Position numbers and translations under genes: made by a program
The notes under the pieces: model-generated
Database searches by the model: none
Seen by the model: the letters and a program-made list of their open reading frames with translations, nothing else
Told to the model about the DNA's origin: nothing
Origin: Candidatus Uhrbacteria bacterium
GTDB lineage: Bacteria > Patescibacteriota > Patescibacteriia > UBA9934 > GWF2-40-263
NCBI GenBank assembly: GCA_016188425.1
Contig: JACPHX010000016.1
Coordinates: 22,161 to 86,160, forward strand
DNA: 64,000 nt
Direction of reading: 5' to 3'
In this document: positions 10,059-19,752 of the stretch, one piece after another
Layout of the letters: each line of letters opens with the position of its first letter
Position numbering within the stretch: position 1 is the first letter of the stretch

Positions 10059-10598
10059 TTAGGCCTGTTTCGTTATATCTCCGCCTTCGGCGATCGCATC
10101 CAGCTTCTGATCGAGCTCTTCCATGCTGATCGGGGTGGTAGGAGCGAGAGCGGCCGGTGTAGGCGCCATGAGCTTTGGCATGTCGCGACGAGGAGGAGTA
10201 GTAGCAACATCTCCCCCACGGGCTTCGCGTGCTTCCTCCGACAGCGGAGCGACGTAGGAAGTGATTTCGTATTTGCGCTCCTGGGCGAGTTTGCTGGGAA
10301 CCGTAATCATGTGTCGGAGAACCTCCGGAGCAAGGGCCAGGCCGCGATCCAGCTCCTGCATCGCTTCCGGGGCGGCTTCAAAGTAGACAAGGATGTAGGT
10401 TCCAAACTGTATCCCTTTAATAGGATAGGCAAGACGGATCTTTCCAAGATTCTCGTGGCGGCCAGGAGTAGCGCCGTATTTGGCCAAAAGGGCTAGCACG
10501 GTCTCCTGTACCCCCTCTACTTCCTTTTCCGTATAATCGCCTGAAACAATATAAAGCAATTCGTAGGTCATAGGTTCTGGGCTGTTTTGCACAGCCAA
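10059..10598 (-). CDS. rpsF: 30S ribosomal protein S6 with C-terminal extension
   Basis: YELLYIV...LGKIRLAYPI...EVLRHM; rpsF-ssb-rpsR gene order. Start is TTG 10598 or ATG 10571. Confidence 0.93.
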   Translation of the reverse strand: MAVQNSPEPMTYELLYIVSGDYTEKEVEGVQETVLALLAKYGATPGRHENLGKIRLAYPIKGIQFGTYILVYFEAAPEAMQELDRGLALAPEVLRHMITVPSKLAQERKYEITSYVAPLSEEAREARGGDVATTPPRRDMPKLMAPTPAALAPTTPISMEELDQKLDAIAEGGDITKQA

Positions 10599-10754
10599 CC
10601 CTTTAGGGGTTATGGACAGAATTAAAGAGTGAATGCGGATATATAACCAGCTGGAGGGGGGATGGTCAAGATGCGGATAGAAAGATGAAAGGCTGGGAGG
10701 GCCAGAAATGGCTAGAAAGAGCGAGGAGGGCTGTGGGAAAAGGGCGGGATGATA

Positions 10755-13700
10755 CTAGCGGTTGGATATGAGAGGGACTAAGCGCATTTGGTGATCGATG
10801 GATGGAGCCGCGGCGCGGGCGGCGGTTGGGTCGAAAACATCCCGGTTTACTTGGGAGAGCGGTATCCCCTTTTCATAGGAAGAGACGAAGGAATCCGATA
10901 GGTCGTCCACGGCTTTTTGCCAGCCAGGACCGAAATAGTCGTGCGCCACTGCCTCTGTCTCAAGCGGATACAGGATTCCTCCCGCTCCCACGCCATACAC
11001 CTTGGGATCCGACACAACCTTCACCATCTTTCCCGGTCGGTACAGCACGTCCCCCGCCAAAGGAACGGCCGCGAGATCCTGTTCAGGAATGATGATGAGC
11101 GATCGGTAATCCGAAAACCAGGTAAAAAATATGCGCTCATTGGGGAAGGCGTGGCGCTCCCCATCCATGCCGAGGTAATACACCGTCCGGCAGGGATGCG
11201 TGAAATCTTCCCACCCAGGACACTCAAATTTGAGGAGAGGCCCGCCAACCGGCTGCGCAAAAATGTCGTAACCAAACGTAGAACGTATGGATGCCTCCAG
11301 TACCTGCCGTTGATTGGTAAGAGCGGCGAGCGTTAATCCACCCGGCAAATCGTAGATGATGGTTGCTCCAACCAAACCACCAAACTGACCGCTCAATGAT
11401 TGGGCGCGGGCGAAGAGTACATACACCCCTTCTGCCGCAGGAAGCGTATAGGTCGTTTGCGTCACGCCCCCTTGCATGGGCTGCCACAGCGCCCCCGCAA
11501 ACGTCGGGTCGGGAGAAATCTGGTTCTGGCTTGCTCCGTAGGATTGATAGGTAACCTGGATCACGGGAGAATCTGTCACTGACGCTCCCCCATTTAGGAG
11601 CAGACGCCCCGCCACGGGCGCCATGGTCGTGAGAGCAGAGGCGCGCGGGTTTGGGGGTGGGGGCGGGGCGACCGATTGGAGATAAATGAGATAGGACGCT
11701 CCGCGATCTGCTCCAGAGGAACTTTCAGTCGGGGTGCCTGTCAAAAAATCCGGAACGCCATTCCCATCCAAATCACTCACCATGGCGACCGACCTCCCAA
11801 ACCCGCCGGGGGATGGAATCTGCGGGGATCCGGTTCGGTTCGGAAGAATATTCATGGTACGAATGATCGTCCCGTCCGCATTGAGAAAATGGACATACGC
11901 CGCCCCCATATCCGTTCCGATCGTATCTGTCCCAGGGGCGCCTACAACCAAATCTTGAATGCCGTCCGCGTTCACGTCCCCCGCAAAGGCAACGGAAGCG
12001 CCATACTGGTCCCCTGCCATCACCGGAGCGCCAAAGAAAGTTTGTCCTGTTAATTCAATCGTCCTTTTCACGGACCCGTCCATATTCATGAGATGGATGA
12101 ACACGCTCCCCTGTTCTTCCCCCAGAACCAGCCGCTCCGGAGCGCCAACGGCGAGATCCTGGACGCCATCATGATCGACATCTCCGATCAGCGTCACGGA
12201 CTGGCCATAGCCTTCATCAATCCCAAGACCAGCCGGCCCATTGGGAGAAAGATTGTTTATGGAAACCGTCCGTTTGACCCGGCCATCCGCTTGCAAGAAA
12301 TGAATATACACATTGCCTGCGCCGCCGTTTGCAAGCGGAGTCGACACGGCCAAATCCGCGATCCCATCGCGATCTAAATCCCCTACGCCCGCAAGCGAAG
12401 TCCCGTATTCGACTCCCGCGGAATGCAACGGACCATTTGGCGTAGCAGAATTGATCTCCGCTGTGCGTTGGATGCTTCCATCCCGGCTCATGTAGTGGAT
12501 GAATACCGCACCTTGGGCCATCCCTGGGTTTTGATCATGTGTCGCAGAAACGGCGATCTCTTGAACGCCATCGCGATCCAAGTCACCAATCAGAGTCATG
12601 GCGCTTCCGTAGCGATCCTTGGGGAACAGGAGCGCGCCTCCCCGGGTAAAGGCATTCAGTTCCGTTGTTTGCTTCACCCGTCCGTCTGCTCGAAGGAAGT
12701 GGATGTAGGCAGACCCAACTTCGATGCCTCCTGTATTGTCGTCTGGAGATCCAACCAGAACATCGGCGACACCGTCACGATCCAAATCCCCGATGCTGGT
12801 CACAGAACTTCCATACTGATCCAAATCCGACAGGACAGGGCCATTCTCAACCGCCTCGCGAATGACGACCGATCGATTCGGCTCCGCGTACGAGTATGTC
12901 GCCGTCCTCCAGGAGAAGGCATTGCGGCCAACCACCGCATCAGGAAAATCTTCCTCGGCGAAAATGCCTTTAAAAAGCCAGCTGTCGTCCACATCGATAA
13001 AATCATCGGCCACCTCTGCCCCGACGACATTCAAAAACGCAGGCGTTCCAGAGACGGTCGAACGAATGCGCAGCCGATTCGTCGTGGAAACGCCGCGTGC
13101 CTCAAACCGATGCAGGATGGATTGGGTGATCATGGGCTCAAACAGAACCGTTTGCGCTCCGATCAGATCCAAATCGTAAAAGGTGTTCGACCCGAGTATG
13201 GTTTGCGTATTGGAAGGGCGATCGAAAATGAAATGTGCGGTTCCAGGATCAAACCCGCCCGTGAGATGCCGGAAGTCCCCGGAGATATGAACGGTTGCCG
13301 TCCCCGCATGAACCGTGCCTCGATACTCGTTGCGCCATCGTATGGTGCCGACGTTCAAATCGACGTCGATGGTCGCATCCGCTTGTGAAGCGTTACCGTC
13401 GAAGATGGCTCCATGGTCCACGACCGCCCCGACGCCAGGCGCCCCGCCCAAACAGTTCTGCCAGTTCGCGGGCGTGCTCCATTTTCCGTCCCCGGAGGCG
13501 TTGATCCAGATACATTCTGCCCCAGGCTCCCCTGGGCCATCCGGATCCCGGGGAGAAAAAGGAACAAAACTCACATACACCACCCCCTTCTCTACTCCAG
13601 TCGCTTGTTCATGAGAAAGACCGGACGCAAAATCCACGAGCCCATTTTTATCCATGTCCCCCAAGGCCGAGAGCGACATTCCCAAACGAGGAAATCGCTG

Positions 13701-15518
13701 GATCGAACTGACCTCTGGAGTGCTTTGCACGATAAATTCTGTTTTTAGAACGGATCCATCTGCGGCCATCTGATGCACATACAGGCCGCCGACCGGCGCC
13801 CCATCAACATCCCTCCCCGGGGCGCCGACAAGCAAATCGGGGACGCCGTCCCGATTATAATCACCCACGCCGATCACCGCGTGCCCATAGGCATCAAAAT
13901 CAGAAAGCTGCGGACCGTTCATGGTCGTCTTGTCGATGAATACCGTCCGCTTCACGCTGCCATCCGCATTCATCAAGTGAATATACAGCATGCCGCGATC
14001 TGTCCCCCCTCCGTTAGTAAACGGCGCTCCAACCGCCATGTCCGTCACCCCGTCGCCATCAAGGTCACCGATGGATCCGAGCGCAAACCCGTATCTCCCG
14101 TTTGCCTCGAGGCCCGCCGGTCCGTTGCTGGTCAGACGATCTATCGTAACGGTCCGTTTCACGGAACCGTCTGTTTTCATGAAATGAATGAACAGCCGGC
14201 CAAATTGGCCATCTGCCCCGCTGGCCCCAACCGCCAGATCCGCCACCCCATCGGCATCGATATCTCCCAGCGAGGCGAGGGAGGATCCGTAACGATCCCC
14301 CGCCACAAGGACGGCTCCGTTTGGCGTGAGGCCATCTAGGCGGATCGTCCGGCTGATGCCGCCCGCGAGCGTGAGCGAGTGAATTTGCACGGCCCCCGCC
14401 CCTCCGTTTGCCCCCGGAGAACCAACCGCCACCTCCACGGCTCCGTCATGGTTCAAATCCCCCACCGCTGCCACCGACGATCCGTACAGATCCCCGGCCG
14501 CAAGCGCGGGACCATTGGGTGTGGCGGCGGTAATTTGTGCGCTTTGCCTCACAGACCCATTTTGATTCAGGAAAGAAAGATACGCCGACCCTGCCTCCGG
14601 GGCCGATGCATCGTTGTTGGGCGAAGCCATGAACAGATCCGTCGTCCCATTGCGGTCTACATCTCCCACATTGGCCACCGCATAGCCGAACCGGTCACCG
14701 GCAACAATGCCTTGAGGCCCATTCACGACCGAACCGTCAATTTTGATAAAAGGAGCCCGACTGGGTTCGGCATCCCGCCCTGGGGCAAACCATAAACGGT
14801 TATTCCCGCGATTTTGCGAGTTCTGCGGATTGAGTGGACGCACCCCGTCCTGCACGAGCCATTGGTCTTGCACGTCTACGTGAGTCGCGCTCGCTGCTGC
14901 CCCTTTCACGTTGATGATGGACGCGAGGCCGGGGATACGCGAGACGATTTTCAATGGCTGGCCACCTGTCACTCCCGCGGCCTGAAAAGCGGCGGTGACG
15001 CGTGTCGTCACCCCTGGCTCCAAGACTATGGTTTGTCCCCCCAAAAATCGAAGCGTTGAAAAAGCAGTCGCCCCTGTGATGGTTTGAGAGGAACCGGCCG
15101 CACCGTCAAACACCACCGTAGAGGTAGCTGCGACGAATGTCCCTCCCAAATGGGAAAAATCCCCTTTGATTTGCATGGTATGGGTGCGCGCCGTGAAGAA
15201 ACCATTGTAACTTTGCAGCATCCGGAAAGAATTGATGGAAACTGAACGGTCTAAAAAAGCATTCGATTGAGAAACCGTGCCATCAAAAACCACATCCGCC
15301 CCCGTAACGATCCCTACCCCAGGCACCCCTCCCAAACAGCCGCTCCAGTTCCCCGCATTGTTCCACAACTGCGTGCCCGCCCCATTGGTCCACGTACAAG
15401 TGGCGGGAACAGCAGAGCGACCGATGCGAATGCCGTAGAAGGCAATGACAACCGCCGTCAAAAAAACACACGCAAGGACAGAGGAACGGCGACGCGAAAC
15501 AGCGCGGAAGGAGAGCAT
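10755..15518 (-). CDS. Large secreted protein with two FG-GAP (integrin-alpha-like) propeller modules and a C-terminal putative surface-anchoring domain
   Basis: Signal/TM at the N-terminus; two copies of [W..A.NW..C.GG.PG module + six YGxxV..GDLDxDGxxDLAVGAP repeats]; C-terminal VYYLGMDGERHAFPNERIFFTWF domain. Confidence 0.85.
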   Translation of the reverse strand: MLSFRAVSRRRSSVLACVFLTAVVIAFYGIRIGRSAVPATCTWTNGAGTQLWNNAGNWSGCLGGVPGVGIVTGADVVFDGTVSQSNAFLDRSVSINSFRMLQSYNGFFTARTHTMQIKGDFSHLGGTFVAATSTVVFDGAAGSSQTITGATAFSTLRFLGGQTIVLEPGVTTRVTAAFQAAGVTGGQPLKIVSRIPGLASIINVKGAAASATHVDVQDQWLVQDGVRPLNPQNSQNRGNNRLWFAPGRDAEPSRAPFIKIDGSVVNGPQGIVAGDRFGYAVANVGDVDRNGTTDLFMASPNNDASAPEAGSAYLSFLNQNGSVRQSAQITAATPNGPALAAGDLYGSSVAAVGDLNHDGAVEVAVGSPGANGGAGAVQIHSLTLAGGISRTIRLDGLTPNGAVLVAGDRYGSSLASLGDIDADGVADLAVGASGADGQFGRLFIHFMKTDGSVKRTVTIDRLTSNGPAGLEANGRYGFALGSIGDLDGDGVTDMAVGAPFTNGGGTDRGMLYIHLMNADGSVKRTVFIDKTTMNGPQLSDFDAYGHAVIGVGDYNRDGVPDLLVGAPGRDVDGAPVGGLYVHQMAADGSVLKTEFIVQSTPEVSSIQRFPRLGMSLSALGDMDKNGLVDFASGLSHEQATGVEKGVVYVSFVPFSPRDPDGPGEPGAECIWINASGDGKWSTPANWQNCLGGAPGVGAVVDHGAIFDGNASQADATIDVDLNVGTIRWRNEYRGTVHAGTATVHISGDFRHLTGGFDPGTAHFIFDRPSNTQTILGSNTFYDLDLIGAQTVLFEPMITQSILHRFEARGVSTTNRLRIRSTVSGTPAFLNVVGAEVADDFIDVDDSWLFKGIFAEEDFPDAVVGRNAFSWRTATYSYAEPNRSVVIREAVENGPVLSDLDQYGSSVTSIGDLDRDGVADVLVGSPDDNTGGIEVGSAYIHFLRADGRVKQTTELNAFTRGGALLFPKDRYGSAMTLIGDLDRDGVQEIAVSATHDQNPGMAQGAVFIHYMSRDGSIQRTAEINSATPNGPLHSAGVEYGTSLAGVGDLDRDGIADLAVSTPLANGGAGNVYIHFLQADGRVKRTVSINNLSPNGPAGLGIDEGYGQSVTLIGDVDHDGVQDLAVGAPERLVLGEEQGSVFIHLMNMDGSVKRTIELTGQTFFGAPVMAGDQYGASVAFAGDVNADGIQDLVVGAPGTDTIGTDMGAAYVHFLNADGTIIRTMNILPNRTGSPQIPSPGGFGRSVAMVSDLDGNGVPDFLTGTPTESSSGADRGASYLIYLQSVAPPPPPNPRASALTTMAPVAGRLLLNGGASVTDSPVIQVTYQSYGASQNQISPDPTFAGALWQPMQGGVTQTTYTLPAAEGVYVLFARAQSLSGQFGGLVGATIIYDLPGGLTLAALTNQRQVLEASIRSTFGYDIFAQPVGGPLLKFECPGWEDFTHPCRTVYYLGMDGERHAFPNERIFFTWFSDYRSLIIIPEQDLAAVPLAGDVLYRPGKMVKVVSDPKVYGVGAGGILYPLETEAVAHDYFGPGWQKAVDDLSDSFVSSYEKGIPLSQVNRDVFDPTAARAAAPSIDHQMRLVPLISNR

Positions 15519-15555
15519 AGATAGGAACAGTATACAGCAAGAGGACGGATCTCTT

Positions 15556-18500
15556 TTAGGTTTTGAGGGAGGAGGCGTGAGGTGGGAGGGTGTCCGGCGG
15601 AGCCGGATCCGGCTCCGCCGGAGAGAGTGACGGGGAAGGCTTGTGTTGTGCTGTTCCGGAGGGGAGAGGGCTCATGTCTACACGCATGCTCAACAGTTCC
15701 GGCTGTTTGATAGAACGATAATCGATAGGACGCACCTCGGTGGTTTGATACCCTTCCTTTTCGAAGGTGGCGTAATACTCGTTGGGACCAAGAAGGAAGT
15801 GGTAGCGTCCGTTGCGGTCGGTAAGACGGGAGTCGATAAGCTTGTTGTAGAGCGGCTCAAACACACGGATAACAGCATCTCGCAACGGTTTTTTCGTGGA
15901 CTTGTCATATACGATCCCCCAGCTCTTCGGTTTGCGCGGGCGAACCAGAACGAACACAAGAACGAGCAAGACGACCTGCAAAATGAAGACACCGATTGTG
16001 AACGCAGAAGGATGAAGAATAAGGACGACAAGCGCCAACACGACGCTCGCCCACGAGAGCGCCGACTCAAGGCGGCGAAGGCGACGTTTCCAACGAATAC
16101 GCAACGCTTCTTTTTCTCCCTTTTCCAAAATGGGATCTAGCGGGATATTGGCGCTAATAACGGCGTTTTTATCTGTCACGCGGATCACCTCGCCGTGATA
16201 GACATCCAAATATTCGCCATCCGTACGAACTTTCTTGAGCCATTCGCTTGGGAAGGAAAACTCCGGCTTGGTCACTTCAATTTGATACTCGCCAGGATCC
16301 GCCAGAAATTCATACATCCCATCTTTCCCAGTGACCCGCGTACGCACCACCTTCGCGTCGGGCAAACGCAGGAGACGGACGACCGCCAATTCAACCGGCA
16401 GCTTTATCCCCGAATGGTACACGACCCCGTATCCTTTTCGTTTCCGCTTAAAGAAAAGACGCAGGGGTTGGGTGAACAAGAGCTGAAGGAACGGCCACAG
16501 TTGGAATTGCAACAACAGAAAACCGATACTGATAGCAGAAAGCGGAACGAACATGAAAGAGAAGCCATCAGCAATCCCGCTCAACAAAGCCCACAGCGAA
16601 AGCTCCGGCCCGGGAATCATAATCTGGGGGTTGATGATGCGGTCTCCATCATCCTCAACCGGCGACCACCCGCTTCCAAGGAGATCCTTAACTCCCTCCA
16701 CGGAATACCGTCCGGCAGGAACATACCAGTAAAAACTGCCATCTACTGGAGTTTCTAAAGGATTCTGTTGGAAAAATGCCGCAATGTTCATGGGGCGATC
16801 TAGCCCGAACTCACGCACATACAGCCGCGCAGAGGCCCCCGAGAGCGGCTGGATAATGCCATCTTGATTCCGCCACACCAACCGGCCGCGCGGCTGCGCC
16901 TCCAGCACATAAGAAAACGACTGCTGCGTGCGATCCTGATAGGTCACCAAGAGAAGCAGGGCGTAATTGCTGACGACGGCAGGGACACGCAAGGTTCCGA
17001 CCCATCCACGATCATCCGTGACCAGCGAGGAAGAACTCGTAGAAAAGTAGGCGTCTATCTTTTCGATCGCTTTGGTTCCCTCATCTGGAATGAGACGCAC
17101 TTGAACGTCTGTATCCACCACCGCGCGGAAACGAATTTCCTGAAGCGGCAGTTCGATTGTCTCGCTTTGTACAAGGAAATGATTCTCTTCCCCAGAAAGC
17201 TCCCCCGGGCGAAGCGGAAACGCCGTGCAATCAACCGGACAGGTCAGAATACTCTCCCCTTTTCCGCAAAATCCGTTTCCACACGCGATGGTGCACCCAG
17301 GGCCGACGCAAATGGGACAGGCCGACCCTACGCAAGGGAGCGGGCAATCCCTCACGCAACTTGCCGGGTCTTCACCGATGCCGCAGACGAGATCACCGCA
17401 GACGGGCGCGCATCCTGGCCCCGTACACGCAGAACAGCCAGGACCGACGCAGGCCACACAATTTGGCCCTGTGCACGGTGCTGGACAATCGATAATGCAG
17501 TTGGCGAGATCCTCCCCGATGCCGCAGACGAAATCTCCACAGACGGGCGTACAGCCAGGGCCCGTACAGGACGCCGGGCAATCGATAATGCAGTTGGCCA
17601 AATCTTCATTCAGGCCGCAGATAAAGTCTCCGCAAAAACCGTTTGTCTGCAATAAGGTTTTGCACGCAATATCTCCCGTCTGGTCAGAGAGAGCCCCGCT
17701 TTGTGACAAGTAGCGCGCCGTATAGGTCGTATCTTGCTGCAACCCGGTCACGGGGAAGGAATGCGAAATGACATACGCGTTGTTCACGAGATGCACGTTC
17801 TTATTGTTGGGATCTGCGCCATACAGCACATCCCCGTCCGCAGGGATATTCGTCTCCCATGCCCAGGTAAGCGAATTATACGAAACGTCCTCGCACCGAG
17901 GGTTGGAAATAAGCACCGGGACGCCAGAGGGACAAACGGGGGTGGCATTGGTAAACGCCCCTGTATAAAATTGGTTCACGCTATCGTACCCGAACACCCC
18001 GTAATAATACGTCGTCCCCGAAACCGCGCTTGAATGGACAAACGTCGTGCTGGCACCATCGTACAGCACGGTTCCGTCATTCTCATCCGCGGGGTAGGTA
18101 TCCGTCCTATACACCACGCGCGCGCCCACCAAAGGCGGAGGAAGCGTCCAGGTTAAACTGTTCTGGCAAAACCCCGGCGTCACGGTAACGGTTATGGGAG
18201 TAATCGGGGGCAAGCCGAAGGGGATGCCGGAATCCAGCGCGATGGGCGCGAACGACCCATTGCTATCAGAGGCGAACGCCGCGTAAAAATATTCCTGACC
18301 GGATACGATCCCTGGGTGCATGAGCGAGCTTCCGGGGCCATCATACAAAAACGTACCATCGGCAATACTGACTGGATAACGATCCAATCGATAAACGATG
18401 ACGGTGTCGACATAAGGAAATCCGGAGGGCGAATACCACGCCAAGTTGTTTAAATACAGCCCAGGCGTGACATCGAGCACTAAACTGACAACCGCGGAAC

Positions 18501-19704
18501 AATCCGGAGTCTGAAACACCAAATCGGTCGATTCGTTGGTATTTCCATCCTGGTCCGTCACGGCAATTTTTGCGCGATACGCGGTTTGGGGGGAAAGCCC
18601 GCTCAACGTAACCGCATGCGAGAGCGCGGGTGTGGAACTCAAAACGGGGCCTAACCCGTACAAGGGAGTAAGCCCATACACCACCGAACCTGTCGTGGGC
18701 CGGTTGGTATCCCACACGACCGTTGCTTCCGTGCAGGAGAGCAAATTGACATGGGGAGCAAGAATAAGCGGATCGGTTGTGTAGGGGGTATGGAACGTGA
18801 GGGTGAGAGCGGCAAAATTGTTACAAAAATCTTCCGAAGTGATCCGCGCCTCATAATCCATTCCAGGGGTGAGCCCGGTAAGGTTGTAGGAATGAGCTAT
18901 CACCAACGATCCGCTGAAAAGCGTCCCGTCATAGGGCGGAGTCGGTGCAACCCCCCAAGAAACCTGGTCGTTGGCATTCTCGTTGGTGGACCACGAGACG
19001 ACAGCAGACGTTGGGGTGATCCCTGAAATACTCGGGTTGATAAACAAAGGCGCGACCGTATCGCTGCATCCGCCTCCTCCGCCCGGGGGAGGCGCCGCTC
19101 CTACCGAGGCCGTAATCTCCACTTCATCATCCGACACGATAGAGATGGCCGCTTGGTTGGCATCCCCAAACCCGCCCGTCACCGCGACCTCAAAATTCCC
19201 CTCGACCGCAGGATTGACGATCTGATTCACCCCTGCCCCGCCGAAACCGCTGATCGTACCAACCTCGATTTGCACGCAGCGTCCTCCCGGTATTTCTCCG
19301 GCCGCCGCGTCCGTGGGAGGGGTAAAGGCAATCTCCTGCCCCGCAATCCCCACGCCCCAAATACCAGCCGCTGCCGCAACCGCCAGCGTTTCATCCGTAA
19401 ACGGGCCATCGCAAGCCCCGTCGTCATCCACGGCAAAATCAAAATCCAATGGGCTTGAAAGCGCGGTTAAGTCCCATCCTGCCTCATACACCAACTTCAC
19501 GGTATCGGTGGAACTGTCGACCCCCGTAGGCGTCACGAAACGAACGACGTGATTGGTCACTTCTCCTGTCGATTGCGCACTCGGAGTCACGGAATAACTG
19601 GTCAAGATCGCGGCAAAGGCAACGGAGACAAATTGGAACAATAAGGCGGTGGAAACACCGAGAAAACTCACCCAAACTGCTTTTCGTAGCATCGCGATAG
19701 TCAC
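15556..19704 (-). CDS. Membrane-anchored surface protein: pilin-like N-domain, FN3 repeats, Cys-rich repeats, TM helices and carboxypeptidase-regulatory-like (CnaB-type) domains
   Basis: Signal peptide; W.TN....V.YG...H.V.L.GL.P...Y FN3 repeats; four CGDxxCGxxED..xCxxDC repeats; GVVY...K.P...AVVR...T...G.Y.F....G.Y domains. Confidence 0.8.
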   Translation of the reverse strand: MTIAMLRKAVWVSFLGVSTALLFQFVSVAFAAILTSYSVTPSAQSTGEVTNHVVRFVTPTGVDSSTDTVKLVYEAGWDLTALSSPLDFDFAVDDDGACDGPFTDETLAVAAAAGIWGVGIAGQEIAFTPPTDAAAGEIPGGRCVQIEVGTISGFGGAGVNQIVNPAVEGNFEVAVTGGFGDANQAAISIVSDDEVEITASVGAAPPPGGGGGCSDTVAPLFINPSISGITPTSAVVSWSTNENANDQVSWGVAPTPPYDGTLFSGSLVIAHSYNLTGLTPGMDYEARITSEDFCNNFAALTLTFHTPYTTDPLILAPHVNLLSCTEATVVWDTNRPTTGSVVYGLTPLYGLGPVLSSTPALSHAVTLSGLSPQTAYRAKIAVTDQDGNTNESTDLVFQTPDCSAVVSLVLDVTPGLYLNNLAWYSPSGFPYVDTVIVYRLDRYPVSIADGTFLYDGPGSSLMHPGIVSGQEYFYAAFASDSNGSFAPIALDSGIPFGLPPITPITVTVTPGFCQNSLTWTLPPPLVGARVVYRTDTYPADENDGTVLYDGASTTFVHSSAVSGTTYYYGVFGYDSVNQFYTGAFTNATPVCPSGVPVLISNPRCEDVSYNSLTWAWETNIPADGDVLYGADPNNKNVHLVNNAYVISHSFPVTGLQQDTTYTARYLSQSGALSDQTGDIACKTLLQTNGFCGDFICGLNEDLANCIIDCPASCTGPGCTPVCGDFVCGIGEDLANCIIDCPAPCTGPNCVACVGPGCSACTGPGCAPVCGDLVCGIGEDPASCVRDCPLPCVGSACPICVGPGCTIACGNGFCGKGESILTCPVDCTAFPLRPGELSGEENHFLVQSETIELPLQEIRFRAVVDTDVQVRLIPDEGTKAIEKIDAYFSTSSSSLVTDDRGWVGTLRVPAVVSNYALLLLVTYQDRTQQSFSYVLEAQPRGRLVWRNQDGIIQPLSGASARLYVREFGLDRPMNIAAFFQQNPLETPVDGSFYWYVPAGRYSVEGVKDLLGSGWSPVEDDGDRIINPQIMIPGPELSLWALLSGIADGFSFMFVPLSAISIGFLLLQFQLWPFLQLLFTQPLRLFFKRKRKGYGVVYHSGIKLPVELAVVRLLRLPDAKVVRTRVTGKDGMYEFLADPGEYQIEVTKPEFSFPSEWLKKVRTDGEYLDVYHGEVIRVTDKNAVISANIPLDPILEKGEKEALRIRWKRRLRRLESALSWASVVLALVVLILHPSAFTIGVFILQVVLLVLVFVLVRPRKPKSWGIVYDKSTKKPLRDAVIRVFEPLYNKLIDSRLTDRNGRYHFLLGPNEYYATFEKEGYQTTEVRPIDYRSIKQPELLSMRVDMSPLPSGTAQHKPSPSLSPAEPDPAPPDTLPPHASSLKT
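15590..15625. repeat. Repeat family A, copy 2 (inside the 3' end of the 1382-aa CDS)
   Basis: Identical to 8172-8207; translated as SPAEPDPAPPDT. Confidence 0.9.
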
Positions 19705-19752
19705 AAAAAGTCGATAGGAATTACGGGGCTTGGGATAGCTAGGGAAGAAATA

